Shown in pieces: positions 11,011 through 21,732 of a stretch of DNA of 64,000 bases; within the stretch, counting starts at the first letter, position 1, and each line of letters opens with the position of its first letter. A program made the position numbers and the translations under genes. The stretch covers positions 1,024,001 to 1,088,000 of the forward strand of contig OZ219866.1 in NCBI GenBank assembly GCA_964291675.2, read 5' to 3'. Below the pieces are notes generated by a model, which had not been told where the DNA came from, ran no database searches, and worked only from the letters and a program-made list of their open reading frames with translations. The DNA is from Alphaproteobacteria bacterium. Lineage in GTDB: Bacteria; Pseudomonadota; Alphaproteobacteria; MPNO01.

Positions 11011-11562
11011 TCACATCATCGGTTCGGGAAGATCGCCGTCGCCGCGCAGGGGGTAGGACCGGGCATCGAACAGCTGATAGTGCCACCACTCATTGCGGTA
11101 GAAGTCCCAGCCCGCGGCGGTCATCAGACCGAGCAGCACCAGGCGGTTGCGCTGCGCCTCGGCGCCGACGCCCGTGCTGCCGTGGTGGGACAGCGGCGTG
11201 AAGGCGTCGAACGCCGTCCCCATGTCGAGCGGCGTACCGTCGCCGCCCAGCAGGGTCAGGTCGACGGCGACGCCGCGGGAGTGCGGCGAGCCCTTTCGCG
11301 GATCGGCGAGGAATTCCGGATCGGGCGTGTGTTCCCACAACACCCGCTGGGCCTCGGTCGGTCGAAAGGCGTCGAAAATGCAGATACCGAGACCGATGCC
11401 GCGCGCCAGGCGCACCGTCCGACGGAGCGCTTCGGCGGCGTCGCTGTGGAGATAGCATGCCGGGCGCGCATAGACCGGCCGGCCGGTGAAGTTGCGCGCC
11501 GTCGCATAGGCGATGTCGAGCGCGACATCGAACTCTTCGGGCGCGATCTCCACGAGCGACAT
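11011..11562 (-). CDS. ddpX: D-alanyl-D-alanine dipeptidase (VanX/DdpX, M15D)
   Basis: YATARNFTG, DAFRP, SPHSRGVAVDLTL, DMGTAFD, EWWHY. Confidence 0.93.
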   Translation of the reverse strand: MSLVEIAPEEFDVALDIAYATARNFTGRPVYARPACYLHSDAAEALRRTVRLARGIGLGICIFDAFRPTEAQRVLWEHTPDPEFLADPRKGSPHSRGVAVDLTLLGGDGTPLDMGTAFDAFTPLSHHGSTGVGAEAQRNRLVLLGLMTAAGWDFYRNEWWHYQLFDARSYPLRGDGDLPEPMM

Positions 11563-11630
11563 GCCGCCCACCTTGCGATTTCGGGCACGCCACCATAGGA
11601 AGGGATCGAACCCGATACAATTCCGGCGGT

Positions 11631-12395
11631 ATGACCGACCGAACGCTGCGGCCAGAGATGCGAGCGGCCAATCCAACCCGGCAGCCGGAACCCGCCCTGC
11701 CGCTGCTGGCGATCGACAGCGCCGGCGCGGCCTGTTCGGTGGCGCTCTTGCGGGGCAGCGAGATCCGCGCCGCCCGGTCCGCCCGCATGGCGCGCGGTCA
11801 CGCCGAGGCGCTGATGCCCATGGTGGGCGAGGTGCTCGCCGAAGCCGGCACGCTCTATCGCGAGATCGGCTGCTTCGCGGTCACCGTGGGACCGGGATCG
11901 TTCACCGGCCTGCGCACCGGGATCGCCGCCGCCCGCGGTCTCGCGCTGGCGCTGTCGCGGCCGGCGATCGGCGTCACCGCGTTCGAAGCCGTCGCCCGCG
12001 CCGCGCTGCGCGCCGCGGCCGGGGACGGGGCCGACTGCCTCGTCGTCCTTGATACAAGGCGGGCCGATTTATACGCTCAACGCTTCGCGCCCGACGGCGC
12101 AGCGCTAACCGGGCCGCTTGCGATGATGCCAGAGCCGCTCGTCTCCTCGCTCGGCGCGGGGCCGCTGCTCCTCGCGGGGGATGCCGCGGCGTCCCTCCGT
12201 CCCCTGCTGGAGGCGCGGGGTATCGATTGCCGGGGCCGGACGGGCGAGGGCATCGCCGACGCCGCGGTGGTCGCCGAGATCGCCGCCGAACGCTGGCGCG
12301 CGCCGCCCGCCGGGGGGTTGCAGCCGCCACGGCCGCTCTATCTCCGCCCCCCCGATGCGATAAAGCCGCCGGGCGGCGGGCGGCTCAGGCCGTGA
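11631..12395 (+). CDS. tsaB: tRNA threonylcarbamoyladenosine biosynthesis protein TsaB
   Basis: LAIDSAGAACSVAL, GHAEALMPM, GPGSFTGLRTG, PLYLRPPDA. Confidence 0.93.
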   Translation: MTDRTLRPEMRAANPTRQPEPALPLLAIDSAGAACSVALLRGSEIRAARSARMARGHAEALMPMVGEVLAEAGTLYREIGCFAVTVGPGSFTGLRTGIAAARGLALALSRPAIGVTAFEAVARAALRAAAGDGADCLVVLDTRRADLYAQRFAPDGAALTGPLAMMPEPLVSSLGAGPLLLAGDAAASLRPLLEARGIDCRGRTGEGIADAAVVAEIAAERWRAPPAGGLQPPRPLYLRPPDAIKPPGGGRLRP

Positions 12396-12931
12396 GCGAA
12401 GCCTCCATCCAGCCGATGGCCGCGCACGACATCGAATGCGTCGCCGCCATTCACGGCGCCTGTTTCGAGGATTCATGGTCGGGCGACATGATCCGGCGCG
12501 TGCTCGGCACGGCAGGCGCATTCGGTCTTGTCGCGCGGCCGGGCGACGCCGCGCCGATTGCGGCATTCGCGCTCGGCCGGATCGTCGTCGACGAATGCGA
12601 GCTGCTGTCGCTCGGCGTCGCACCCCTCCAGCGCCGGCGGGGATTGGGCGCGGCCCTGCTCGATGCGGCGATCGCGCGTTCGGCGGCGATGCGCGTTCGG
12701 CGTTTCTTCCTCGAGGTGGGCGAGTTCAACGGCGCCGCGAGGCGGCTCTACGAAAGCCGCGGGCTGAGCATCGTCGGCCGGCGCGAGGACTACTACGCGC
12801 TTGCCGGCGGCGGCGCGATGGACGCGCTGACCATGCGATGCGAGCCGGTCCTTCCCGCCCGTCGCCACCCCGCTTCGCCGGCCGCCGAAGGCGCGCCGGG
12901 CGCATGCCCGGCTATGTCTTCGCGATCCTGA
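12392..12931 (+). CDS. rimI: RimI-like GNAT N-acetyltransferase
   Basis: DECELLSLGV...RRRGLG, FLEV...N..ARRLY, GRREDYY; GTGA overlap with tsaB. Confidence 0.85.
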   Translation: MSEASIQPMAAHDIECVAAIHGACFEDSWSGDMIRRVLGTAGAFGLVARPGDAAPIAAFALGRIVVDECELLSLGVAPLQRRRGLGAALLDAAIARSAAMRVRRFFLEVGEFNGAARRLYESRGLSIVGRREDYYALAGGGAMDALTMRCEPVLPARRHPASPAAEGAPGACPAMSSRS

Positions 12932-13181
12932 GGACCATGTCGCCGTCGCGCATCTCGCGCTCCCCCGCGATGCGGTCCCGCGCGGGGTCCTCGGCGAGCG
13001 GCCGCATCGCGGTCACAAGGTGGCCGAGCTCGGCGACCGATGCCGGCACGTTCTCGATCGGCTCGGCGCCGCGCAGGACGATCGTCGCGGTGTCTCCCGC
13101 CGCCATGCGCTCGATGAGCAGGCGCGTCCGCACGAAGGTCATCGGGCAGACATCCGCCGTAATGTCGAGAAAGTGATCCAT
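12912..13181 (-). CDS. TusA/SirA-family sulfur carrier protein
   Basis: LDITADVCPMTFVRTRL (CP motif), EPIENVP. Confidence 0.88.
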   Translation of the reverse strand: MDHFLDITADVCPMTFVRTRLLIERMAAGDTATIVLRGAEPIENVPASVAELGHLVTAMRPLAEDPARDRIAGEREMRDGDMVLRIAKT

Positions 13182-13315
13182 AGCCGCGTCACCGCCGCGC
13201 CGCGCGCCACTATATCATCTCCGCCGAGACCGGCGCATTTCCCGGCGCGACTCTACATCCACTTTGACTATGCCAGCCGAACACCCTACTCTTTCTTTCG
13301 GTGGCGGAGCGCAGC

Positions 13316-13744
13316 ATGCAATCGCGGATAGAACAACTCTGCCGTGACAAGGGCATGAAGATGACCGAGCAGCGGCGCGCCATCGCCCGCGTGCTTTCGG
13401 ATGCGGACGATCATCCGGATGTCGAGGAGCTGCACCGGCGGGTGGTCGAGATCGACCCCCGGGTCAGCATCGCCACGGTCTACCGCACGGTACGCCTGTT
13501 CGAGCAGCAGGACATCCTCGAACGGCTCGACTTCGGCGATGGGCGCTCCCGCTACGAAGAGGTTGAAGGGCGGCATCACCACCACCATCTGATCAATCTC
13601 GAAAACGGTGAAGTGATCGAGTTCGAGAACGAGGAGCTTGAGCAGCTCAAGCGGCAGATCGCACGCGACCTGGGGTTCGATCTGGTCGGAGAGCGTCTCG
13701 AACTCTACGGCGTCCCCGCGGGCAGCGGGCGGAAGAGCAACTAG
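13316..13744 (+). CDS. fur: Fur/Mur family transcriptional regulator
   Basis: MTEQRRAIARVL...DHPDVEELH, SIATVYRTVRLF, HHHLI. Confidence 0.9.
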   Translation: MQSRIEQLCRDKGMKMTEQRRAIARVLSDADDHPDVEELHRRVVEIDPRVSIATVYRTVRLFEQQDILERLDFGDGRSRYEEVEGRHHHHHLINLENGEVIEFENEELEQLKRQIARDLGFDLVGERLELYGVPAGSGRKSN

Positions 13745-13777
13745 CCCGACCCCGACAAGATCGGAGCCGGACCGCGC

Positions 13778-14629
13778 ATGCGGCATATCGAAACGGCCGG
13801 CAAGGCCGAACCGCTAACCCGTTCCGACGACGAGGCGACGCCCGGGGACGGCTTCCTCTCCCTGGTGCAGGGCGATCTGGAAGCGCGGCTGGCGTCGTCG
13901 CGGGGCGATGTGGAGGCGGCGCAGGCGCTGCGCTACCGGGTGTTCTACGAGGAGATGAAGGCCACGCCGTCGGCCGAGACCGCCGCGCTGAGGCGCGACG
14001 CCGATGCGTTCGACGCCGTGTGCGACCACCTGCTGGTGATCGATCCGGGCCGGCGCGACCTGCCGGGCGGGGTGGTCGGGACCTACCGTTTGCTGCGCCG
14101 CTGCCGGGCGCGGGCGCATGGCGGCTTCTATTCCGCCGACGAGTTTCGCATCGCGCCGTTCGAGCGCTATCCCGACGAGGTGCTGGAGCTCGGCCGGTCC
14201 TGCGTCGAGCGGGATTACCGCAACCGGCCGACGATGCAGCTCCTGTGGCGGGCGATCGCCGCCTACGTGTTCCACCACGAGATCGCGCTGATGTTCGGCT
14301 GCGCGAGCCTGCCGGGCACCGATCCCGAGTCGGTCGGGCTGCAACTCTCCTATCTCTACTACTACCATCTCGCGCCGCCGGCGCTTCGCCCGCGGGCCGT
14401 CGAGCACCGCTTCGTCGACATGAGAATACTGCCGCGCGAGGCGATCGATCCGCGCGCGGCGCTCGCCGCGATGCCGCCGCTGATCAAGGGGTATCTGCGG
14501 CTCGGCGCCTTTGTCGGCGACGGGGCCGTGGTCGACCACCAGTTCAACACCACCGACGTCTCGATCATCGTCAAGACCGATCTGGTCACCGACAAGTACG
14601 TCCGCCACTACGAGCGCGAACGGCGCTGA
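13778..14629 (+). CDS. olsB: Ornithine N-acyltransferase OlsB-like GNAT
   Basis: AQALRYRVFYEEM, DHLLVID, LELGRSCV, PPLIKGYLRLG, VDHQFNTTDV; adjacent to olsA-like gene. Confidence 0.85.
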   Translation: MRHIETAGKAEPLTRSDDEATPGDGFLSLVQGDLEARLASSRGDVEAAQALRYRVFYEEMKATPSAETAALRRDADAFDAVCDHLLVIDPGRRDLPGGVVGTYRLLRRCRARAHGGFYSADEFRIAPFERYPDEVLELGRSCVERDYRNRPTMQLLWRAIAAYVFHHEIALMFGCASLPGTDPESVGLQLSYLYYYHLAPPALRPRAVEHRFVDMRILPREAIDPRAALAAMPPLIKGYLRLGAFVGDGAVVDHQFNTTDVSIIVKTDLVTDKYVRHYERERR

Positions 14630-14632
14630 CCG

Positions 14633-15466
14633 ATGGCCGGCATGGTCTCCCCGCTGCGCGCCGTGGCGAAGATCGTCGTCTATCTCGCGGTCACCCTGCC
14701 GCTGATGCCGCTGCAGGCGGTGGCCCTGGCCTGCGGCTGGCGCCTCGCCGTCAGCCTGCCGGTCTTCTATCACGGCCTGTGCTGCCGCATCTTCGGCTTC
14801 GACGTGCGGACCCGCGGCACGCGCTCGACCGCGCAGCCCACGCTCTTCATCTCCAATCACGCCTCCTATATCGATATCGTGGTGCTCGCCTCCGTGATCC
14901 CCGGATCCTTCATCGCCAAGGCCGAGGTCGCCTCCTGGCCGCTCTTCGGCACGCTCGCCAGGCTTCAGCGCACGGTCTTCGTCGAGCGCCGGGGCCGCGC
15001 CGCCCATGCCCAGCGGGAGACCATCCGCAGCCGTCTCGAGCAGCGCGGGAATCTGGTGCTGTTCGCCGAGGGCACGACATCGGACGGGTTGCGCGTAAAG
15101 CCCTTCAAGAGCGCGCTCTTCGCCGCCGCCAGGACGGGCGGCGACGATGTGGCGGTGACCATCCAGCCGGTCTCGGTCGCCTATACGGGGCTCGACGGCA
15201 TGCCGCTCGGACGCAACCTGAAGCCGTTCGTCGCCTGGTATGGCGACATGTCGATGGCGGCGCATGCCTTCGCCCTGCTCGGGCTCGGCAGGATCACCGT
15301 CGACGTGCTGTTCCACCCCGTCGTGAGCCACGAGGCCTTCGCCACGCGGAAGGCGCTTTCCGAGCATTGCCAGTCGGTCGTCGCCGCCGGGGTATCGGCC
15401 GCGAATGCCGGGCGCGGCGACGACCGGGACGGCACCGGCGGGGCCGTGGCGGTCCCGGTTTCTTGA
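14633..15466 (+). CDS. Lysophospholipid/lyso-ornithine lipid acyltransferase (OlsA/PlsC family)
   Basis: NHASYID (HxxxxD), FIAKAEV, FAEGTTSDG. Confidence 0.88.
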   Translation: MAGMVSPLRAVAKIVVYLAVTLPLMPLQAVALACGWRLAVSLPVFYHGLCCRIFGFDVRTRGTRSTAQPTLFISNHASYIDIVVLASVIPGSFIAKAEVASWPLFGTLARLQRTVFVERRGRAAHAQRETIRSRLEQRGNLVLFAEGTTSDGLRVKPFKSALFAAARTGGDDVAVTIQPVSVAYTGLDGMPLGRNLKPFVAWYGDMSMAAHAFALLGLGRITVDVLFHPVVSHEAFATRKALSEHCQSVVAAGVSAANAGRGDDRDGTGGAVAVPVS

Positions 15467-15529
15467 CTCATCGGCGCCCCGTGCTAGCTTCGAATTCCCG
15501 CGGCGCGGCGCGGAATCGGGATTGCGTCA

Positions 15530-16917
15530 TTGGCAAGGCGGCTGTTCATCAAAAGCTACGGATGCCAGATGAACGTCTATGACGCCGGTCGGATGGCCGA
15601 TGTCATGGCGGCGGAGGGCTATGTCCGGACCGATCGCGCGGACGCCGCCGAGGTGGCGGTCCTGAACACCTGTCACATCCGCGAGAAGGCGGCCGGCAAG
15701 CTCTATTCCGATCTCGGCAGGCTGCGCGCGCGGGGCGCGGCGGGCGCCGCCCCGGTGATCGTGGTGGCCGGATGCGTCGCCCAGGCCGAAGGCGCGGAGA
15801 TCATGCGCCGCGCGCCATGGGTCGACGTGGTGGTCGGTCCGCAGACCTATCACCGCCTGCCCGAGCTGGTGCGCCGCGCGGAGGCCGGCGAGCGGGGCCT
15901 GCTCGACATCGACTTCCCGCTCGAGTCGAAATTCGACCGCCTGCCCGAGGAGGCGGCGAGCCAGGGGCCGGCGGCGTTCCTGACCATCCAGGAGGGCTGC
16001 GACAAGTTCTGCTCGTTCTGCGTGGTCCCCTACACCAGGGGTGCCGAGTATTCGCGCCCCGTGGCGGCCGTCAGGGCCGAGGCGGAACGCCTGGTCGAAC
16101 GCGGCGCGCGCGAGATCGCGTTGCTCGGGCAGAACGTCAACGCCTATCACGGCGCGGGCCCGGGCGGCGGCGCGGAATGGGGGCTCGGCCGGCTTGTCCG
16201 GGCGCTCGCCGAAATCCCCGGGCTCGCGCGGATCCGCTACACGACCTCGCATCCGCGCGACATGGACGCGGATCTGATCGCCGCGCATGGCGAGGTGCCC
16301 GCCTTGATGCCCCATCTCCATCTGCCGGTGCAGTCCGGTTCGGACAGGGTGCTCGCGGCGATGGGGCGCCGCCATACCGCGGCGGACTATCTCGATCTGG
16401 TCGACCGCCTGCGGTCGGCGCGGCCCGATATCGCCCTGTCGTCCGATTTCATCGTCGGCCATCCGGGCGAGGACGAGGCCGATTTCGAGGCCACCGTCGC
16501 CCTGGTGCGCGCGGTCGGCTACGCCCAGGCCTATTCGTTCAAGTACAGCCCGCGACCCGGGACTCCGGCGGCGACGGCCGAAGGCCGGGTCGACGAGGCG
16601 CGCAAGGCGGACAGGCTGGCGCGGCTGCAGGATCTGCTCAACGCCCAGCAGGCCGATTTCAACCGGGCGACCGTCGGCCGCGCGGTCCCGGTGCTGTTCG
16701 ACCGGCGCGGGCGCAAACCGGGCCAGGTCGCCGGGCGGACGCCCGCGATGCAGGCCGTTCACCTGTGCTGCGAAGATCCGCAGTCGCTGCTGGGCGAGAT
16801 CCGCGATGTCGTCGTCACCGAGGCGCACGCGAACTCGCTGGCGGGCGCGCTGACCGCCGGCCCGCCGCCGCGTTCTCCCAGCTTCGCCCATCGAGCGGCC
16901 GAGGACGCGCAACCGAA

Positions 16918-16921
<4 letters not shown>
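15530..16921 (+). CDS. miaB: tRNA-2-methylthio-N6-dimethylallyladenosine synthase MiaB
   Basis: [25 protein letters not shown] radical SAM motif, TRAM-like C-terminus. Confidence 0.96.
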
Positions 16922-17925
<1,004 letters not shown>

Positions 17926-17931
17926 AGTCCG

Positions 17932-18441
17932 TTGAACGCAGAGACGGGAATACAGATCCGATGCCAGGGCTGGACCGAGGCCCTCGACGACGCGCCGGCG
18001 CTGTGCCGGCGGGCGGTCGACGAGGCGTGGCGGGTCGCGGCCTCGGGTGGCGGGGACAGCTCCGCGGAGATCGGCATCGCGCTCGCCGACGATGCGGAGG
18101 CCGCGCGGCTCAACGCGCGCTACCGCGGTCTCGACCGGCCCACGGACGTGCTGTCCTTCGCCAGCGGAGAGGAGCCGCGCGGCAACCGCCGCCCCGGCGA
18201 CCCTCCGGCGATGCTGGGCGATATCGTCGTCGCCTACGAGACCAGCGCCCGCGATGCCGCGCGCGCCAACAAGCCGCTCGCCAACCACCTCCAGCATCTG
18301 GTGGTGCACGGCCTGCTGCATCTGCTGGGCTATGATCACGAGACCGACGACGACGCAAGGCGCATGGAAGCGATGGAGGTGGAGATATTGAGGCGGCTCG
18401 GCGTGGGCGATCCCTATGGCAGCGGCGCCGCCTTTCCGTGA
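17932..18441 (+). CDS. ybeY: rRNA maturation endoribonuclease YbeY
   Basis: PTDVLSF, LGDIV, HGLLHLLGYDH. Confidence 0.95.
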   Translation: MNAETGIQIRCQGWTEALDDAPALCRRAVDEAWRVAASGGGDSSAEIGIALADDAEAARLNARYRGLDRPTDVLSFASGEEPRGNRRPGDPPAMLGDIVVAYETSARDAARANKPLANHLQHLVVHGLLHLLGYDHETDDDARRMEAMEVEILRRLGVGDPYGSGAAFP

Positions 18442-18445
18442 AACG

Positions 18446-19351
18446 ATGACCGATCCATCCGAGCCTAGGAAGCCCCGTGGAAACGGGGCCAATGCGGACC
18501 GGCCGACACAGAATCGCAGGCTTCGGCCCTGGCTGAAGCGTCTGTTCGGCCATCGAAACGGCGGCGAGTCCCTGCGCGACACGATCGAGGAGCTGATCGA
18601 GCAGGAGAACACCGCCAACAGCGAGGCGGGCGAGGAAATCGTCTTCCTGCGCAATGTCCTGCAGCTTCGCGACCTCGCCGCCAACGACGTGATGGTGCCG
18701 CGCGCCGACATCGTCGGCGTCGAGATCGACACCCCGCTCGACGAGCTGGTGTCGCTGATGGGCGGCTCGGCCCATTCCCGGATGCCGGTATATCGCGAGA
18801 CCCTCGACGACGCCGTGGGCATGGTGCACGTCAAGGACGTCGTGGCCTGGCGCGGCAGCGCCGAGACCTTCACCATCGGCAAGATCATGCGCCGGATCCT
18901 GTTCGTGGCGCCGTCGATGCCGATCCTCGAGCTGCTGCTCCAGATGCGCGTCAGCCGCACCCATATGGCGCTGGTGGTCGACGAGTTCGGCGGCACCGAC
19001 GGGCTGGTCACCATCGAGGATCTCGTCGAGGAGATCGTCGGCGAGATCCAGGACGAGCACGATGCCGAAATCGCCCCGATGATGGCCGACCGGACGGACG
19101 GATCGATCGAAGCCGACGCCCGGGTGGCGATCGCGGAGTTCGAGTCCAAGATCGGCGCGGCGCTGACGCTCGCCGAGCCGCAGGCCGACATCGATACGCT
19201 CGGCGGGCTGGTGTTCACCCTGGCCGGGCGCGTCCCCTCGCGCGGCGAGGTGATCCGCCACCCCTCCGGCGCGGAATTCGAGGTTCTCGACGCGGATCCG
19301 CGGCGCATCAAGCGGCTCAGGGTATGCCCGCCGCCCGCGTCGACCGCTTGA
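18446..19351 (+). CDS. CBS/CorC-domain protein (hemolysin/CorC family)
   Basis: VMVPRADI, HSRMPVY, VVDEFGGTDGLVTIEDLVEEIVGEI, DTLGGLV. Confidence 0.92.
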   Translation: MTDPSEPRKPRGNGANADRPTQNRRLRPWLKRLFGHRNGGESLRDTIEELIEQENTANSEAGEEIVFLRNVLQLRDLAANDVMVPRADIVGVEIDTPLDELVSLMGGSAHSRMPVYRETLDDAVGMVHVKDVVAWRGSAETFTIGKIMRRILFVAPSMPILELLLQMRVSRTHMALVVDEFGGTDGLVTIEDLVEEIVGEIQDEHDAEIAPMMADRTDGSIEADARVAIAEFESKIGAALTLAEPQADIDTLGGLVFTLAGRVPSRGEVIRHPSGAEFEVLDADPRRIKRLRVCPPPASTA

Positions 19352-20925
19352 CGGAGACCGGCTCGCTGCGCCCCCATCGCCTCGCCCGCCTGGCCGCGGC
19401 GCTGGCTTCGCTGACCGGCTGGCGGCGCTGGCTGGCCGCCTGGCTTCTGGGCCTCGGTTCCGTGCTCGCCTTCCCCCCGGTCGGGTGGTGGCCCGCGCTA
19501 TTCGTCGCGCTTCCCGCGCTGGTCTGGCAGATCGACGGCACCGCCACCCGGCGGGCGGCGTTCGCCGTCGGCTGGTGGTTCGGCCTCGGTCATTTCATGG
19601 CCGGCACCTACTGGATCTCCAACTCCCTGCTGGTCGAGGCGGATCGCTTCGCCTGGCTGATCCCGCCGACGCTGGTCGGCGTCTCCGCCTATCTCGCGGT
19701 CTATCCCGCGCTCGCCTGCGGTCTCGCCCGCTGGATGCGCCCCGGCTGGCCGCGCGTCGCCGCGCTCGCGGTCGCCTGGACCGCGATGGAGATGCTGCGC
19801 GGCGTGGCTTTCACCGGCTTTCCGTGGAACCCGGCGGGCTCGATCTGGACCGCTTCCCCGGCGATGATCCAGCCGGCCGCGGCGGTCGGGGTGTACGGCC
19901 TCGGCCTGCTGACGGTCGCGCTCGCCGCGGCGCCCGCGCTGCTTGCCGCCGGCCGCCGGGAAGCGGTCGCCGCGGCGTTCGGGGTGCCGCTCGTGCTCGC
20001 CCTGGTGTGGGGGGCGGGGAGCATGCGCCTGGAGCGGGCGGAGACCGGATTCCATCCCGGCGTCGCGATCGGCATCGTCCAGCCCAACCTGCCCCAGCAC
20101 GAGAAGGTTCGGGCGGCTTTCAGGCGACGCCATTTCGCCTCGCATCTGGCGATGACCCGGGCCGAGGCGGAACGCGGCACGACCCATTTCGTCTGGCCGG
20201 AAACCGCGATCGGGTTCGCGCTCTCCCGCGTGCCCGGCGCCGCCGAGGCGGTCGCCCGGGCGCTGCCCCGCGACGGTCTGGTGATCGCCGGCGCGCTGCG
20301 CGCCGGCCCGCGCGGGGAGCGGCCGGTGCGCATCTGGAACAGCCTGGTGGCGATCGACGGCGCGGCGCGGCGCGTCGCGGTCTATGACAAGGCCCGGCTG
20401 GTCCCGTTCGGAGAATACGTCCCGCTGCGCTCGATCCTCGCGTTCACCCAGGTAACCGGCGGGCGAATCGACTTCAGCCGGGGCCCCGGGCGACGCACCC
20501 TCGCGGTGCCGGGATTGCCGCCCTTCAGCCCGCTGATCTGCTACGAGATGATCTTTTCCGGCCGGGTGGTCGATCCCGACAGACGGCCCGAATGGCTGCT
20601 CAACGTCACCAACGACGGCTGGTTCGGCGACAGCGCCGGTCCCCACCAGCACTTCGCGGCGGCGCGAATGCGGGCCGTCGAGGAAGGGCTGCCGGTGGTG
20701 CGGGCGGCGAACTCGGGCATCTCGGCGGCGATCGATCCCTATGGCCGGGTAGTCCAGCGGCTCGGTCTCGGGAAACGCGCCGTGCTCCGGGTCGCGCTGC
20801 CGACCGCGCTGTCGGAGCCCACCCCGTTCGCGCGGTTCGGCCATGCGCCGCTGTTGGCGGTCCTCGCCTTCGCCGGCGCGGGGCTCGCGATGCACGGGCG
20901 GTGGGCGCGGCCCGACCGCGCCTAG
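19348..20925 (+). CDS. lnt: Apolipoprotein N-acyltransferase
   Basis: FTGFPWN, VWPET, YDKARLVPFGEY, LICYE, NVTNDGWFG, RAANSGIS; start 19348 (TTG) or 19324. Confidence 0.95.
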   Translation: MTETGSLRPHRLARLAAALASLTGWRRWLAAWLLGLGSVLAFPPVGWWPALFVALPALVWQIDGTATRRAAFAVGWWFGLGHFMAGTYWISNSLLVEADRFAWLIPPTLVGVSAYLAVYPALACGLARWMRPGWPRVAALAVAWTAMEMLRGVAFTGFPWNPAGSIWTASPAMIQPAAAVGVYGLGLLTVALAAAPALLAAGRREAVAAAFGVPLVLALVWGAGSMRLERAETGFHPGVAIGIVQPNLPQHEKVRAAFRRRHFASHLAMTRAEAERGTTHFVWPETAIGFALSRVPGAAEAVARALPRDGLVIAGALRAGPRGERPVRIWNSLVAIDGAARRVAVYDKARLVPFGEYVPLRSILAFTQVTGGRIDFSRGPGRRTLAVPGLPPFSPLICYEMIFSGRVVDPDRRPEWLLNVTNDGWFGDSAGPHQHFAAARMRAVEEGLPVVRAANSGISAAIDPYGRVVQRLGLGKRAVLRVALPTALSEPTPFARFGHAPLLAVLAFAGAGLAMHGRWARPDRA

Positions 20926-21162
20926 CCCGCGCGCGTGGGTTGCGGCGGCACTGCGAGAATTCTCCATGCTCAACATGGACTCGTGTTTGCAATTTTAGTA
21001 TAGAACCTTCCGGTCCCCCCGCTGGCTGCCTGAACTTTTGGGGTAGCCTTGCGGCGGAAAAGTGACGATCCAAGTGTAGTTTCCAGGCATTATAGGGAAT
21101 ATGTCGTTGTCCCTAGGTTCGCGTAGTTGCGGACTCTCAGTGACTATAATCGGATTTCAGAA

Positions 21163-21648
21163 ATGGCGGATTTTCCACGGGGCGCCACGGTGCCTCCGGC
21201 GCGGGGGCGCCGCGGCCGGTCGAATTCGATCGATGTCCATGTCGGCAGCAGGGTGCGGATGAGACGCACGTTGCTGGGGCTGAGCCAGGAAAAGCTGGGC
21301 GAGGCGCTCGGCCTCACCTTCCAGCAGGTGCAGAAATACGAACGCGGCGCCAACCGAATCAGCGCCAGCCGTCTGTTCCAGATCGGCCGCGTGCTCGACG
21401 TCCCGATCTCGTTCTTCTACGACGAGATGCCGGACGAGGTACTCCGGGATGCGCAGGGGGTCATGCGGCCCGGCGGCGCCGAACCGGCGGACCAGTTCGA
21501 GCACGACCCGCTCGCCAAGCGCGAAACCCTGGAGCTGGTGCGCGCGTATTACCGCATCTCCGACCCGCGCGTTCGAAGGCGGATCTTCGAGCTCGTCAAG
21601 GCGGTCGCCCGGATCGAGAGCGACGACGACGCCGCGCTGGACAGCTGA
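21163..21648 (+). CDS. XRE-family helix-turn-helix regulator
   Basis: IDVHVGSRVRMRRTLLGLSQEKLGEALGLTFQQVQKYERGANR, typical of the alphaproteobacterial lnt-metK neighbour. Confidence 0.92.
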   Translation: MADFPRGATVPPARGRRGRSNSIDVHVGSRVRMRRTLLGLSQEKLGEALGLTFQQVQKYERGANRISASRLFQIGRVLDVPISFFYDEMPDEVLRDAQGVMRPGGAEPADQFEHDPLAKRETLELVRAYYRISDPRVRRRIFELVKAVARIESDDDAALDS

Positions 21649-21732
21649 CCTCCCGCGGCCGGTTGACGCCGCGTGGCCGCCCCTGCGACAACCTAGCCGG
21701 CCAGGCGACGCAACAGGGCAAGGGGCAGGCGC

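Noticed and set aside
12840-12931. rimI C-terminal extension overlapping the tusA-like gene
   Set aside because: A short convergent overlap (20 nt) from stop-codon drift is common in GC-rich genomes
21681-21718. Possible SAM-SAH riboswitch upstream of metK
   Set aside because: Only loose resemblance (cctg..acaac..ggcg), and the segment overlaps a probable promoter (TTGACG at 21663); needs an Infernal search
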